Shown: in pieces, positions 1-11,135 of the stretch | Numbering within the stretch: position 1 is the first letter of the stretch | How the letters are laid out: every line of letters begins with the position of its first letter | IMG/VR virus record: IMGVR_UViG_3300009103_001934 | Location: 1-64,000 of that record | Source of the DNA: a virus | Strand: one strand, 5' to 3' | Length of the DNA: 64,000 bases | Position numbers and translations under genes: made by a program | Notes under the pieces: generated by a model | What the model saw: the letters and a program-made list of their open reading frames with translations, nothing else | What the model was told of the DNA's origin: nothing | The model's database searches: none

Positions 1-3000
1 GCCTTAGGCAAAACTGGTGCAGCACATAAAGCTCTCCAACAGTATGCAGTGTCGGGGGGCGGAATCATCCAATCTGCCGTGGCCTCCGGCGCCATCCCGG
101 CCTCGGTGCCCCCCGCCGGCCGCGCCCTCGGCTCGACGCTGGCGGCAAATGCTTCTGGCGTAATATACGGCTCACCCGGTGAAGCCGCTGCGTTAGCGCT
201 TAGAGGCTTTGCTTCGCCCGCTGGCAACGCCGCTTTACCTAATGTGAACACACGCGCCATCAGGGAGATGTCCGGACAAAATCAAGCCGCCCTGTATAAT
301 GCTTTGTCTGCTGACGTAGATAAAGGGGGGGCGGCAAATACTACACACGCCATTCTTGATGCAGCCAACGCTATGCGATTGAGAAATCTTCCCGCACCTA
401 AGGTACCCCAGTTCAAGGGCGGTCTCACACCGAGCGGCCAACGGAAGGGCGCAGGAATGGGGGCTTTTGAAACCATGATTTACGACCCTTATTGGTCGAA
501 TATCTTTAGAAGATCCGCAGGACACGGCGACGCTATGAACCAAGGTCTCCCGCAGGGCCATCACGCTGATCCCTTCATGTGGATGAGAAAAGCAGCGAAG
601 GAGGCAGCTGGAAATGCGGCGGGGTTTGGGGGTCCGGCTCGGGGTGCATTAGCACATTTGGCTCCCAAAGGTTACCAGTACGTGCGTCCGGAACTACGCG
701 GGCAAGCACTCCGTCAGGGATCCTTCGAGGATCCTAAAGGGAACGTACACAAATACACTCGAGAAATGGCCGACTTCGCTCGCAAGATGGAAGAATTAAC
801 TGAGGTATTAATGGTTGGCGGTGCGCTGGGTGTTAATAGTATCATGAAATTGACGAAAGGCGACCAAGTCCCCATCGGTGGAGGAGGAATGGTCCTAGCC
901 GGAAGAGACAATCCAGTGTCTGGAATCCGAAACACGTATGACCCTCAAAGATGGAAAGCTGTCAAAAAGGGCTCTTGGGGCAAAGAACAGAACAAACTGG
1001 TTCGGCTTTTCGATGAGTTTTTGCCACACTGGATGATGGAACAGGTTAAAGCTGAGCACCAGAAGAAAAGTGGTGAGATTAATGCTCAAACTGCTGCGTC
1101 GAAGAAGCTCATAGACGACCTCAAAAAAGATACTAAATTAACGAAGGAGCAAACCGCAAATATACAAGCATACGCAGACGCTTGGAAAAAGTTCAACACT
1201 TTGCGACAAAAGTCACTGACTATGGCTGGAGCAAAAATAGACGACCCCGATAATTGGAAATTTGGTGATACGTCCGGCTACGGTATTGACTGGAACCAAG
1301 TTGAAAATGTTAGCACTCAAATAGATAAGAGGATGCAACACGGATTGGCGGCTGCAGGCTACCTTACCACACCACAAGGTGGTTCCGCGGGTATCGGACA
1401 GCCAAAACTCGGTGATGTTGCTCAAGATCCGACAGCATTTAAAACTGTAAATATGGCCGGTCATTACGTGGGCGGTATGCCTCCGGGAACCCCTTTGGCG
1501 AGAAGGCTTCTAGCTTTAAGGACGGCTAATATAGGAAATGCCGCAAATAAAAATCCATTTAAATTAGGCGGAGATGGACTCATGCTGGGTAAGGGCGGCG
1601 CATTTCATAGAGAATTAATGGCGGGCGGATTTAAAACTGACTTGTTCGATATGGGAGATCTTGCGACTGAAAGAGTAGACCAAAACATGCAATTGATTAG
1701 CGGTTTCAAGGCAAGAGCCAAGGAAGTCTTTGATCATTTCAGTGAGCAAGGGGGGTTTGGTGATGATCTTGAAGGTATGTATCAAACTCGCACAATCAAG
1801 GGTAAAGACGGTAAAGAAATACAAGTCCCCTTATCTGATGCTGGTAAGATATTCGCGGAAAAAATGGTCGCGGCGGGCAAATTTACTAAAGAAGGCATGT
1901 CCGACTTTATTGCCGAGCTTTCTGCCACAGAATCCATGCTGGAAGAATTTACGGAATTAAACAAAGCCGGCAAGGAAGCGCGAGATAGAGTAAAACAGTT
2001 AATGGAATGGCAACAACATGTTGCCGCCGGCCGACTTACTCAGGTCGAATTTGCAGAAAAGGAAAAGGAATTACTTAAAAAGCACGCGGCCATACAGGAA
2101 GAAAACGCAAGGCAAGTGTACAAAGCCGGCGAAGCGCAAATGAAAATGATGTTAGCTGACCCGACAGCCTCCCAAGGACAAAGGATTGCTGCAGTAGCCA
2201 AGAGAAGACAAGACGCTATCAAGGCCGGTGAGTTCGGTGACTCTTTCTCCTTGATGGGCAAGGAAATGAAAGAGCGTTGGTCGATGAGTACGAGAGATAT
2301 GGCTCGCGTGTCACAAGAAGCTTTAGTAAACATCGGTGACACTTTCAGAGATGGAATCAACGACGCGGTTTGGACTTGGATTAACGGAACAAAAGATATC
2401 AAAGAATCCTTTAAAGATTTATTTAATGAGATCGGAGACATGGCCGCCAAGATGGTTATAAAGATGGCGCTACAACAGTTCTTATTTAATCCTATTATGG
2501 GAATGCCTATGAAGCAGGGTGGGTTAGTTAAGGGCTACAATAAGGGTGGTTATGTTGCTAATGGCATCCGAGGTAAAGATACCGTCCCCGCCATGCTCGG
2601 CAAGGGAGAATATGTTATTAGAGCAAATAGCGTAGACAAGCTGGGTTTAGAGTTTCTTGAGTCCTTAAATGGTGGTCGTCGCTTAACGGGATATAATTCA
2701 GGTGGAAGCATTAGGTATGGGCATGGTGAGTACAATCATGCCTACGCAACCAAAATGATGTTAGACGACCTAAATCGCAGCGGAGGTGCCTCTACTGGTG
2801 GAACAATAGCGAGCAGAAGAGATTCGAGCGAATACGATCCCATCTTTGGTGATGCAGATCCGCAGTCAGGCCTTAAATCATTTGCTAGGCATGGTAAGGG
2901 GTCCGCATTTATAAATTTAAAAAATTCATACCTTTATGGCAAGGGCACAAGCGGTTACGATATAGACAAAAGACTAAGCCAGTTCGCGCTTACTGACCCA

Positions 3001-3828
3001 AATAATCCGCGTAATAAATTTCGCATGGACAAATATGATAAACTCATGGACGCCAGAAAAGGACGCTACGACGAAATTAAAGAATGGGAGGCAAGCTCCG
3101 CAGAAGAAGCAAGGGGGCGTAGAAAAAAAATGATGAACATGCTATTTATGATGGGAGGCATAAGCCTATTATCTCAGGTGGTGAACCCCATGATGGGGCA
3201 ACGAGCCCCCTTTGCTGCTAAGCCCGGGAAATTTGGTAATTGGGTAAAGGGCGTTCCGGGAAGAATTAAAAATTGGTGGGGCGGCGCTAACGCTGGTGGC
3301 GCTGGTGCTGGTAATCTTGCAGAACCGCATCCGCTTGCTGCTCCCATGGGGGGGCCAATTGGGCAACGAAGATGGCAAGGGCGGCGGAACCCCGCGTTTA
3401 ATAACCCGAGATGGCCGGGGGTGGACCGTAACTATATGGGCGGAGCAATCGAAGATCGAGAGCTCTCTTTACTATCTAAGGGTGAGTATGTTATCCCCAA
3501 GGATATCGTAGACAAGCACGGCGTTGCCTTTTTTGATAATTTAAACAGAAATGGCCGTATAAAGGGCTATGCTGAAGGAGGGTATGTCGGTAGTGCTACG
3601 GGTGCGGAAACGGCCGGAGAAGACGTTCTGGGCTCAACAAACCACATTAACATAACTGTCAACATAGACCAAAATGGCTCTGCCGCTACAGACGCCTCAG
3701 GAGGAGGATTAAATGAGCCAAATGCCAAGAAGTTAGGCGAAATGATCAAGGGTCAGGTCGTTAACGTTCTGGTAAACCAGAAGCGCCCGGGCGGTATATT
3801 GTATGATGGAAATATATCAGGAACCTAA
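1..3828 (+). CDS. Tail tape measure protein (5'-truncated; frame open from base 1)
   Basis: Long Ala/Gly-rich helical ORF. Twice-repeated TMP C-terminal motif (DTVPAMLGKGEYVIRANSVDKLG..FL..LN and LLSKGEYVIPKDIVDKHG..FF..LN). Ends with INITVNIDQ...IKGQVVNVLVNQKRPGGILY, typical of TMP C-termini. No stop in frame in bases 1-48. Confidence 0.88.
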   Translation, partial: ALGKTGAAHKALQQYAVSGGGIIQSAVASGAIPASVPPAGRALGSTLAANASGVIYGSPGEAAALALRGFASPAGNAALPNVNTRAIREMSGQNQAALYNALSADVDKGGAANTTHAILDAANAMRLRNLPAPKVPQFKGGLTPSGQRKGAGMGAFETMIYDPYWSNIFRRSAGHGDAMNQGLPQGHHADPFMWMRKAAKEAAGNAAGFGGPARGALAHLAPKGYQYVRPELRGQALRQGSFEDPKGNVHKYTREMADFARKMEELTEVLMVGGALGVNSIMKLTKGDQVPIGGGGMVLAGRDNPVSGIRNTYDPQRWKAVKKGSWGKEQNKLVRLFDEFLPHWMMEQVKAEHQKKSGEINAQTAASKKLIDDLKKDTKLTKEQTANIQAYADAWKKFNTLRQKSLTMAGAKIDDPDNWKFGDTSGYGIDWNQVENVSTQIDKRMQHGLAAAGYLTTPQGGSAGIGQPKLGDVAQDPTAFKTVNMAGHYVGGMPPGTPLARRLLALRTANIGNAANKNPFKLGGDGLMLGKGGAFHRELMAGGFKTDLFDMGDLATERVDQNMQLISGFKARAKEVFDHFSEQGGFGDDLEGMYQTRTIKGKDGKEIQVPLSDAGKIFAEKMVAAGKFTKEGMSDFIAELSATESMLEEFTELNKAGKEARDRVKQLMEWQQHVAAGRLTQVEFAEKEKELLKKHAAIQEENARQVYKAGEAQMKMMLADPTASQGQRIAAVAKRRQDAIKAGEFGDSFSLMGKEMKERWSMSTRDMARVSQEALVNIGDTFRDGINDAVWTWINGTKDIKESFKDLFNEIGDMAAKMVIKMALQQFLFNPIMGMPMKQGGLVKGYNKGGYVANGIRGKDTVPAMLGKGEYVIRANSVDKLGLEFLESLNGGRRLTGYNSGGSIRYGHGEYNHAYATKMMLDDLNRSGGASTGGTIASRRDSSEYDPIFGDADPQSGLKSFARHGKGSAFINLKNSYLYGKGTSGYDIDKRLSQFALTDPNNPRNKFRMDKYDKLMDARKGRYDEIKEWEASSAEEARGRRKKMMNMLFMMGGISLLSQVVNPMMGQRAPFAAKPGKFGNWVKGVPGRIKNWWGGANAGGAGAGNLAEPHPLAAPMGGPIGQRRWQGRRNPAFNNPRWPGVDRNYMGGAIEDRELSLLSKGEYVIPKDIVDKHGVAFFDNLNRNGRIKGYAEGGYVGSATGAETAGEDVLGSTNHINITVNIDQNGSAATDASGGGLNEPNAKKLGEMIKGQVVNVLVNQKRPGGILYDGNISGT

Positions 3829-4698
3829 GGAATCAATTTTATCTTCTAATTCTTTAATCTTATTATCTAAAATAGATAAAGACTCATTATATAATAAATA
3901 ATTACTACTTAAATCCCCTCTTAAGATGGGCAATTTGTAATGGGGAGTAAAGTCTTTAAGAACTTCATAAGCTACATTAAACTTACTATCTCCCACGTAA
4001 TTTCTGTTTAAGATTAAATTCCATTTTTCTACAGAGAGAGTTCCCTCGATTACCCTTGGGGGTAATGCATGGTTTAAGCGAATAACTGTTTCGTTTTCAT
4101 TTAAAACTATATCTGAGATAGTTCTTTCCTCTACTGATCTATTATCTAACAAAGAGCAAACAATAGATAACTTGGCACCGGAGCCTGAGCCTGAAGAGGC
4201 GTCGTCTTCTTCGTCGGGAGCAAGGCTATATGTGCCTTCAGTGTGAATTTCAACAGAGTTAATTGATCCGCTTGCGCTTACAGACTTAACTACAAATAAA
4301 GCGGGGATATCAATCTCGTCTAGCGAGTTGTATTTGCATACTCCCGTAGACGGCTTAATTTGATCGCCCTCTTTATATCCCGAACCGCCGTCTAGAATAG
4401 AAACTTCTTTTACTTTGTATTCTTTATAAGTAAATTTTATTTCATCGTTCACGGATAGACTTGTACCTATATTTTCATTAATAACTATATTCTCCGTACC
4501 TTGAGACTGTACATCTTTTACGTATAAAAACTTTTGCTTTTCGGCTATCCGATAAAACTCTTGGTCACTGCCAATTACAATATAACTATCTTCCTTTAGT
4601 GAGGCTAGGTCCGCCTTAGAAGAGGCGGTGACGCTGTTGGAGTTTTGTAAAACTGATACGGTGTGCCCGTAGTTTTTCTTGATCATAGTTGGTGGCAT
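3817..4698 (-). CDS. Tail-associated/fibre protein
   Basis: 293 aa at the end of the tail operon; ILDGGSGY glycine-turn motif seen in phage tail/baseplate proteins; C-terminal coiled coil. Confidence 0.55.
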   Translation of the reverse strand: MPPTMIKKNYGHTVSVLQNSNSVTASSKADLASLKEDSYIVIGSDQEFYRIAEKQKFLYVKDVQSQGTENIVINENIGTSLSVNDEIKFTYKEYKVKEVSILDGGSGYKEGDQIKPSTGVCKYNSLDEIDIPALFVVKSVSASGSINSVEIHTEGTYSLAPDEEDDASSGSGSGAKLSIVCSLLDNRSVEERTISDIVLNENETVIRLNHALPPRVIEGTLSVEKWNLILNRNYVGDSKFNVAYEVLKDFTPHYKLPILRGDLSSNYLLYNESLSILDNKIKELEDKIDSLGS

Positions 4699-4713
4699 AA
4701 TTATTCCTTGTTT

Positions 4714-5427
4714 TTAGTAATTGTCGTTTTCTATATTTCTTGCAATTAATATTGCTGTTTCTCCGGATTCCGCGTCTGGGCGAGCAACCGATATCCTAGG
4801 CCTTTGTGTGTAGCCGCTTCCTGATTGCGTAACAATCACTTCGGACACGGCTCCGTCTTTTATTATAGTCCTAGCTTCTAGCTGGAATCCGGATTGTTCC
4901 GGTTCGGATATAATAATCTCGGGCGGGCTGGTATATCCTGACCCACCATTTATTATATTTATTCCTAGGACATTATTAAAAGCATTAAACGTAAGTATAT
5001 CTCCCGCGTCCAAGTCAGTGAATTTTTTAGACAGTTCAAATGGCAGATTTCTCAGGTAATTTTTAATTTCTACTACGTGTTTTTTACATTCTTCGCAATC
5101 TTCCTCCATAGACTTCATAAACTCTAGATCTAGAGCCGTGAAAAAGGCTGCCCTTTGCTTCCTGAATTCTTCTAGTTTAAACTCTGTGGCTATGGCCCTT
5201 TCGTCTATGGTTTGAGTTTCTTCATCGAAAAAATTAGCGTAATGATCTGCCGTAAGCGGGGTATTTGGAAAAAAGTAATTTGTTTTTACGTCTTCTTCTG
5301 TAAGGCCTTCGGATATAAGTATATTAAGATATTGAGCTTGGACATCTATATCGTTAGGAAGGGTAAAGGATAACCTTCTCTCATTCTTTAAAACTATTAA
5401 TAAAATTTTGTTAACTAAAGTTTTCAT
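4714..5427 (-). CDS. Tail fibre assembly chaperone-like protein with C-terminal GGSGY repeats
   Basis: FRKQRAAFFTALD...EIKNYLRNLP resembles the tail assembly chaperone motif; IINGGSGYTSPP and VTQSGSGYTQRP repeats. Confidence 0.55.
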   Translation of the reverse strand: MKTLVNKILLIVLKNERRLSFTLPNDIDVQAQYLNILISEGLTEEDVKTNYFFPNTPLTADHYANFFDEETQTIDERAIATEFKLEEFRKQRAAFFTALDLEFMKSMEEDCEECKKHVVEIKNYLRNLPFELSKKFTDLDAGDILTFNAFNNVLGINIINGGSGYTSPPEIIISEPEQSGFQLEARTIIKDGAVSEVIVTQSGSGYTQRPRISVARPDAESGETAILIARNIENDNY

Positions 5428-5428
5428 A

Positions 5429-8400
5429 TTAATAATTTATTACTCCGTCCCCTCCCTGATTAACAGAGATAGTGACAAATCTATTCGTAGAGTATACTGC
5501 TTCGTGCAGCGTATCGTCAGACGAGCCAAAGTTTGGTATACTGGCGTCTTGATCAACTATAGCATAATCATTAGAAGTCACAACTCCGAACATAGCTTCG
5601 TTTAGGTAGCTATCGTCTATCATTCTCCCCATATGTACATCAAAGAATCTCTGAGTTTTTACTAACCCACCGAAACCTTGACCGAATCCGGCTGGATGGT
5701 GATTCCAAACACCGGGAATGTTTTCGAATAAGTCTCCTTTGTTCATCCAAGAGAGCGTTGAGGGGCTGAATATGCCCGCTGTGATTTGGTAATTCCCGTC
5801 TGGGTTATCTGGGTCATCATGCGTAAAGGAAAGATCTTTGGCTGTTAATAAAGCTTTATTGTAGCTCGCGCTATCTGGATCCGGGAAAGTTTCGTATTCC
5901 CCGTTCCAAGCATTCATTCCCACCACAGCATAGGACGCTAGTTTATTATCATCTGATGGAGGGGGCAAATTATTGGGATCGAAATATACTCTAAATCTTC
6001 TAAAGCCTCTGACTGGTCGATCTTTGCCTGCTATTATTTGATTTCTTTCGTTATAAGATTCTAGTTTATCTATATCATAATTAGGCGTACCGGGATATCG
6101 CTCTCGATCCCATCCTCCGTAAGCGATACCGGCCTTAGATAGGGGCGCGTCATTTATGGTTGGCGGTCTAGTAGCCCCGGTAATGACAGGGTAACTGTCA
6201 CTGGGATTCCAGTAAAGCCAAGGGTCGTCTACGCTATATTTTAATACATGATCTGGGTAAAATCCTGCTGCAGTCCATTCTCCCACTCTAAATCTACATC
6301 TCGTTATGCTATCATCCCAGTTGGGTAAGTAATCTCCGTATGTACTATCATAATGCTCAGTCATCACGCACCCATATTCATGATACCCTTTGTAATTGTA
6401 CTGATCCGCTACGTCTTTCCAAGTTAAAACTTTGACTGCGGATACTCCTTGGCCTTCCCACTGACCATTTACGTTTAGCCTCACCCACCATCGAAAACCG
6501 CCTTGGTGAGCACTTGAGAACTTGGTTGGGACGATAGGGACCGAAAAAGAACCCGCTATATTGTCGTTACAACATTTAGGATTTCCCGCTTCATAATTAC
6601 CGACAAAGCGTCCGTTAACGTTCGCTGACATTTGATAGTTGGAGAATAAAGTATCCCCCGCGTCTCCAGTATGATCTCTAGCTAACCCTAGCCATAAATC
6701 ATCATCCCAATCTGACCACTCATTTGTTGGGCTGTCCTTTAGCTGATCAAGGTCGTGTAGTTTTTTGATCTCTCTATCAAAAGAGTCATAAAATTTTACT
6801 CCCATATAGTAGGTTTCTGAAAATAAAAATGTATCCGTCGAACCTACCGCGACAGGCGGACTAACTATAACTTCAGAACTAAGCGTGTTTACTCCTTCTG
6901 CTTCAAATGGGCATTCTACGATTTGGTATTCTCCAGTTTTATATAGCTCTTCTGCGGTAAAATTAAATACCCCCCTTTCTAGCGGAAGCTTGGGCGTACC
7001 ATCCGCTTTAAAATCTGCTCCAGAGAACGGATGTTTTGATACGTAAACATATCCTCCAGCTAAGTCTGTAAAAGAGTTTCGTAATAGTTCTAGGTGTACG
7101 AGCCCGTCCTTATCGACCCACTGTGTCGTATTTAATAAATCGCAAGCTAAATCTTTGCCGGGTCTCGATCCCGCTTGCCTTCGGGGGGTTAGGCAGTAGC
7201 CCTTCGGTTTTGGGTTATATATTTCTACTATATCCCAACCTTTACTATTAGAGAAGTTCTGCGAGGAGGTATCTCCGTCGTTTAAATTCCTAGCTTCGAC
7301 CGTTATATCTACATGTCTTCTGGGCCCGCCAGTTGTACTTTTATTTAATAAAAATGAATAATTAAAAAAGTTCTCTGTGGTTGTGAAGGTTGTTATCTCT
7401 GGGTTATTCGGAGAGTTCGACCCAGTATTTGGGTTATGTATACGAATTACGTACTCTATCGGGAAAGATACCGATACACTCGTTGCTCCTATTCCTGAGT
7501 CGACGGTTTGACCGAAAAAGGAAGCTCCCCAGACTATCGCGAAGTCTTGGTCTTGTATCTCTGCATAAAAAGTCTTCGTCGCTGAGTCTCCCGTGTTTGA
7601 GAGCGCCGGGTGAAATTCTGAATAAAGCCTGAGTGAATGGATTTGTATATCTCTTGTGGGGTGGTGGTCTGTAATTCCATACCCCTGTGCCCCCGAATAA
7701 TCTGTTCCGTCTGCGTGCGCTGCGGATGATACTCCCACGGCATTTATCGCGAAAACTCTTACAAAATATCTTGTATTGTTTTTGTGAGGTAAATAGAAAG
7801 TATAAGGCCTGCCGCTTTCGTCAGTTAAATCATCTAAATATAGGGTTTGTTCTAAGAAATTATTTTTAGGGATAGAAGTCCCCGATTTTAACTCGTCGTC
7901 AGTCCATACTGTACTCGGAACGCTTAGGCCCTCTCCGGCCTTGACGTAAATTTTATAACCAATTGTAGTCCCTCTATTGGTAGGGGGATGTACCTTAATG
8001 GCTAGTCTTTTTGTATTTGTACTACCGGGATAATTCCTTACATACAACTGAACAGCATGAGGGGCGGGAGGGGCCTCTGTTACGGTTTGTGGGCTAGGAA
8101 CAAATGAATATATAATGCCTGATTCTATGTAATCATATTTCTTTTCGTTATGCACTACCGCTTCGACATCATGCATAAACCCTTCATTTTCTTTAATTGA
8201 TATAAGGGAGTATAAGTTATTAGTATTTATATCCGTTAATGACCAAGTAGACTCTTTCATTAACTCCCCATCGGACGTGCTAAACATTTCGTTATTATCT
8301 CCGTAAGTTATGGTCGTCCCTGAAGTAGGGCCTTTAACTAGTTCTGAGTGCCCTATTCCTGTGGAGCTTACCGTCACACTATTATTGCTAGGAGAAAAAT

Positions 8401-10501
8401 TGAACGTCTGTATATGTTCATTTCTAATATCTGGATAGTAGCTCTGGTTTGCGAGGTCTACTAAAGAGGTGTCATAAAAATAATTCGGTGTAGTTAAGGT
8501 CAGTTGGTAATTTGTATTGTTACATAAATTATTATTTGTACAGTCTGTAGAGAGTAGCGGGTGACTTAAATCCTCGTCTAAGACTATGCCTGTTGTATTA
8601 ACATCTATAACTCTCCCTCCGAATCTATTTATTGATCTACTTTCGTCTACCAAACGTATTATGTCACCGGGACGGAGCATCATTCCTTCTGGTCCCGTAG
8701 TAAATTGTACTACTTCAGTTTGCGTTGCGTCTGTCGCGAGTATCCATCTAGCTAATCTAATTGCTTGAGAACGACTTGTACAGGCAAAGGCTGTTATCTC
8801 TTTTTCTATAACGCCATGCTTTCTGATTCCTTCTGTGTTTTCTACATATTCTACTGAGGGTTTGTAGAAATTAGTTTTATCATTATACCTTACTAAGCAG
8901 ACTGTGGGCGTAGCTTTTTCGCTAGTTGAAGAATACGTGAAATTTCCGTTTTTTACATTCGCGTTGGTGTATTGGGCTACGGCAGTTCTGGGTTTGTCTA
9001 TCGATGTATGTATACTTCCGAAGCCATAATATAAGATCGATCTAAAACAACTAGCGAAATCTTTGAGCACTTTAAATGCATCTTCTCGAGTATTAATAAG
9101 AGTATTACAGGTGAACCTCGGTTCTTTCCCCCCCTCTCCATTTGGGACTAACGTATCGCAAAATTTAGATATCTCATATAGCGTCCACTTGTCTACTTCT
9201 ACGTCTTTAAGAAATTTTCCTACCCCGTACCTCTCGTTAGTTAAAAGGTCGTAGAAAATCCAAGCTGGATTATCCGTCCAAGCGTTTTCATCTTTGAAGG
9301 TTCCATCCCAAGGTGTAACTGTATCCGCATATTGTCTTGTTATTGGATCATAATTACTAGGCACTTTGACTTTCAACAGTCTCATGTCGAATGAACGAGT
9401 CGGAATTTGAGAAAAGTATTCCGCGTTAAAGTTCATCGAGACTAATGAAGAATTGGGGTAAGATAAAATATTATCACTTACTGTAGTTATAGTATCGATA
9501 AATGTTTGATTGGAGATATTGTTTTGCGCTGAATCTGGAGTGGTCCTTATCACCTCTATTTCCCAACCGGCTAGATTTTCACTCATTAAGTCGGTATCGA
9601 ATGTTATATTTATAGGGTGAAGGTACGGAGCAGTAACTAAGCCTTGTACGGTAGTAGAAAAAGGCCCGTCTGTCGGATACCACCCTCTTGAGGTAGCTAG
9701 ATCCATAACTCCGTTGTTGTCTATATATATAGGCCTATACCTTGTTTTAAACGTAACTTCGGTTCCGTTTACTTCTCCCCATTCTGATATATCAAAATTG
9801 TCCCCCTGTTTCGTATAACTTAAAGAAGATATTTTAATCCCTATTCGGCACCTTTGGGCTGTTTTGTCTAAAAATCTATAAACTTTTGGGTGAAAAAAGA
9901 ATGGGTTATCTGCAGAAGCTTCATCTTGAGCATTCCATCTCGCGTTATCTGGACCCCTTACTCTTTCGTTAATTACTCTAGTTTTTTCTATAGCGTTCGT
10001 GTCTCCTACATATAGAAAACCGTCATTTTGACTTACTCCAGACGGCACTCCATTAGCTATAGCTACTTCTACATTTTGAAAATTATATTGGTCGTTCGCG
10101 TTTACTACTGGGGTATCGTTTAGGTATATTGATTTAAGCCAAGCTTCAGGTTGGGTGTCCGAAAAGGCTTGAAAATTAACATGCTCCCATCCTATTTGCC
10201 CGTTAGGATTTGTTCCTGAAGGCACCCATTCTCCGCTTACTATCCCTTCGATTTCCCCTTCACATATTAAATCTATAGTTTTGGCTATAGTTCTTGAAGT
10301 AAAGAATCCTGTTTCTCCGTTGGGGAAAATTCCAGAATAAATTCCTTCCCCGGTAGAGTTAAATATTTTTATCTCGTCTGTGCCATAAATTCTATTGTAA
10401 TAAGTGTTTGAGCTCGCTACATCGATACCATACTCCTGAGTATTATAATACCCCTCTGCTGCCCCAGAAGTACTTACCGTGTTTGTAGTGATCGTGCTCA
10501 T
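5429..10501 (-). CDS. Central tail fibre / host specificity protein (lambda gpJ-like)
   Basis: IDLICEGEIEG, WTDNPAWIFYDLLTNERYGVG, EPRFTCN, ACTSRSQAIRLARW, LRPGDII motifs; FN3-like segment (YFVRVFAINAVGVSS). Confidence 0.93.
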   Translation of the reverse strand: MSTITTNTVSTSGAAEGYYNTQEYGIDVASSNTYYNRIYGTDEIKIFNSTGEGIYSGIFPNGETGFFTSRTIAKTIDLICEGEIEGIVSGEWVPSGTNPNGQIGWEHVNFQAFSDTQPEAWLKSIYLNDTPVVNANDQYNFQNVEVAIANGVPSGVSQNDGFLYVGDTNAIEKTRVINERVRGPDNARWNAQDEASADNPFFFHPKVYRFLDKTAQRCRIGIKISSLSYTKQGDNFDISEWGEVNGTEVTFKTRYRPIYIDNNGVMDLATSRGWYPTDGPFSTTVQGLVTAPYLHPINITFDTDLMSENLAGWEIEVIRTTPDSAQNNISNQTFIDTITTVSDNILSYPNSSLVSMNFNAEYFSQIPTRSFDMRLLKVKVPSNYDPITRQYADTVTPWDGTFKDENAWTDNPAWIFYDLLTNERYGVGKFLKDVEVDKWTLYEISKFCDTLVPNGEGGKEPRFTCNTLINTREDAFKVLKDFASCFRSILYYGFGSIHTSIDKPRTAVAQYTNANVKNGNFTYSSTSEKATPTVCLVRYNDKTNFYKPSVEYVENTEGIRKHGVIEKEITAFACTSRSQAIRLARWILATDATQTEVVQFTTGPEGMMLRPGDIIRLVDESRSINRFGGRVIDVNTTGIVLDEDLSHPLLSTDCTNNNLCNNTNYQLTLTTPNYFYDTSLVDLANQSYYPDIRNEHIQTFNFSPSNNSVTVSSTGIGHSELVKGPTSGTTITYGDNNEMFSTSDGELMKESTWSLTDINTNNLYSLISIKENEGFMHDVEAVVHNEKKYDYIESGIIYSFVPSPQTVTEAPPAPHAVQLYVRNYPGSTNTKRLAIKVHPPTNRGTTIGYKIYVKAGEGLSVPSTVWTDDELKSGTSIPKNNFLEQTLYLDDLTDESGRPYTFYLPHKNNTRYFVRVFAINAVGVSSAAHADGTDYSGAQGYGITDHHPTRDIQIHSLRLYSEFHPALSNTGDSATKTFYAEIQDQDFAIVWGASFFGQTVDSGIGATSVSVSFPIEYVIRIHNPNTGSNSPNNPEITTFTTTENFFNYSFLLNKSTTGGPRRHVDITVEARNLNDGDTSSQNFSNSKGWDIVEIYNPKPKGYCLTPRRQAGSRPGKDLACDLLNTTQWVDKDGLVHLELLRNSFTDLAGGYVYVSKHPFSGADFKADGTPKLPLERGVFNFTAEELYKTGEYQIVECPFEAEGVNTLSSEVIVSPPVAVGSTDTFLFSETYYMGVKFYDSFDREIKKLHDLDQLKDSPTNEWSDWDDDLWLGLARDHTGDAGDTLFSNYQMSANVNGRFVGNYEAGNPKCCNDNIAGSFSVPIVPTKFSSAHQGGFRWWVRLNVNGQWEGQGVSAVKVLTWKDVADQYNYKGYHEYGCVMTEHYDSTYGDYLPNWDDSITRCRFRVGEWTAAGFYPDHVLKYSVDDPWLYWNPSDSYPVITGATRPPTINDAPLSKAGIAYGGWDRERYPGTPNYDIDKLESYNERNQIIAGKDRPVRGFRRFRVYFDPNNLPPPSDDNKLASYAVVGMNAWNGEYETFPDPDSASYNKALLTAKDLSFTHDDPDNPDGNYQITAGIFSPSTLSWMNKGDLFENIPGVWNHHPAGFGQGFGGLVKTQRFFDVHMGRMIDDSYLNEAMFGVVTSNDYAIVDQDASIPNFGSSDDTLHEAVYSTNRFVTISVNQGGDGVINY

Positions 10502-10505
10502 TTTT

Positions 10506-11135
10506 TTATCTTATAGCTCCCGCGTCGCGCGTTAGTATTCGTTTTATGTCATACGAAGCCATAATAGTTTGACTACCCACAATTAACCTTCCATAACCAA
10601 CCGGTACGGGCCCGCCTTCATTTAGTACATTTACGGGGCCATTAAACAGGTACGAATTCGCTAAGGCTGTTGGGTCTGAACTGGGATTCGTTATCTGTCT
10701 GTTTTCTGGCATATCCGGCGGCTCTGCTAGCATATTAGATATACCATAAGCGAATAAAGCTAGACTAGCCATCATGCCTAGACTAGTTTGAGCATAATAC
10801 ATTCCAAACATGCCTAAACCCAACCCCAGCCAGTTCTCCCATCCTGCCCCTTCGAGAACGGGGATTACATCTACAGTATCTATGTCGTCTCTTTGCATGG
10901 TTAGCTCGTTATCTTTAAAATCTCCATGAAATGGGACTTCCTTACCGTTAACAACGACCTTGTATCTTCCGTACATGTTTTCCTGTTTAAGAAAAAACTG
11001 CTGTATCAAGCCCCCGCTTTGCGTGTTGATTGCATGCATTCCTTCCGCGACACTGCCGACCAGCAATTCCCATTCGTTATTAGATAGGAATTCTCCCAAC
11101 TTGCCGTGGAGATTAAATTTTATGTTTTTTTTCAT
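10506..11135 (-). CDS. Tail assembly protein (lambda gpI-like)
   Basis: LHGKLGEF N-terminus, IDVIPVLEGAG-like motif, SYLFNGPVN...GGPVPVGYGRLIVGS. Confidence 0.9.
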   Translation of the reverse strand: MKKNIKFNLHGKLGEFLSNNEWELLVGSVAEGMHAINTQSGGLIQQFFLKQENMYGRYKVVVNGKEVPFHGDFKDNELTMQRDDIDTVDVIPVLEGAGWENWLGLGLGMFGMYYAQTSLGMMASLALFAYGISNMLAEPPDMPENRQITNPSSDPTALANSYLFNGPVNVLNEGGPVPVGYGRLIVGSQTIMASYDIKRILTRDAGAIR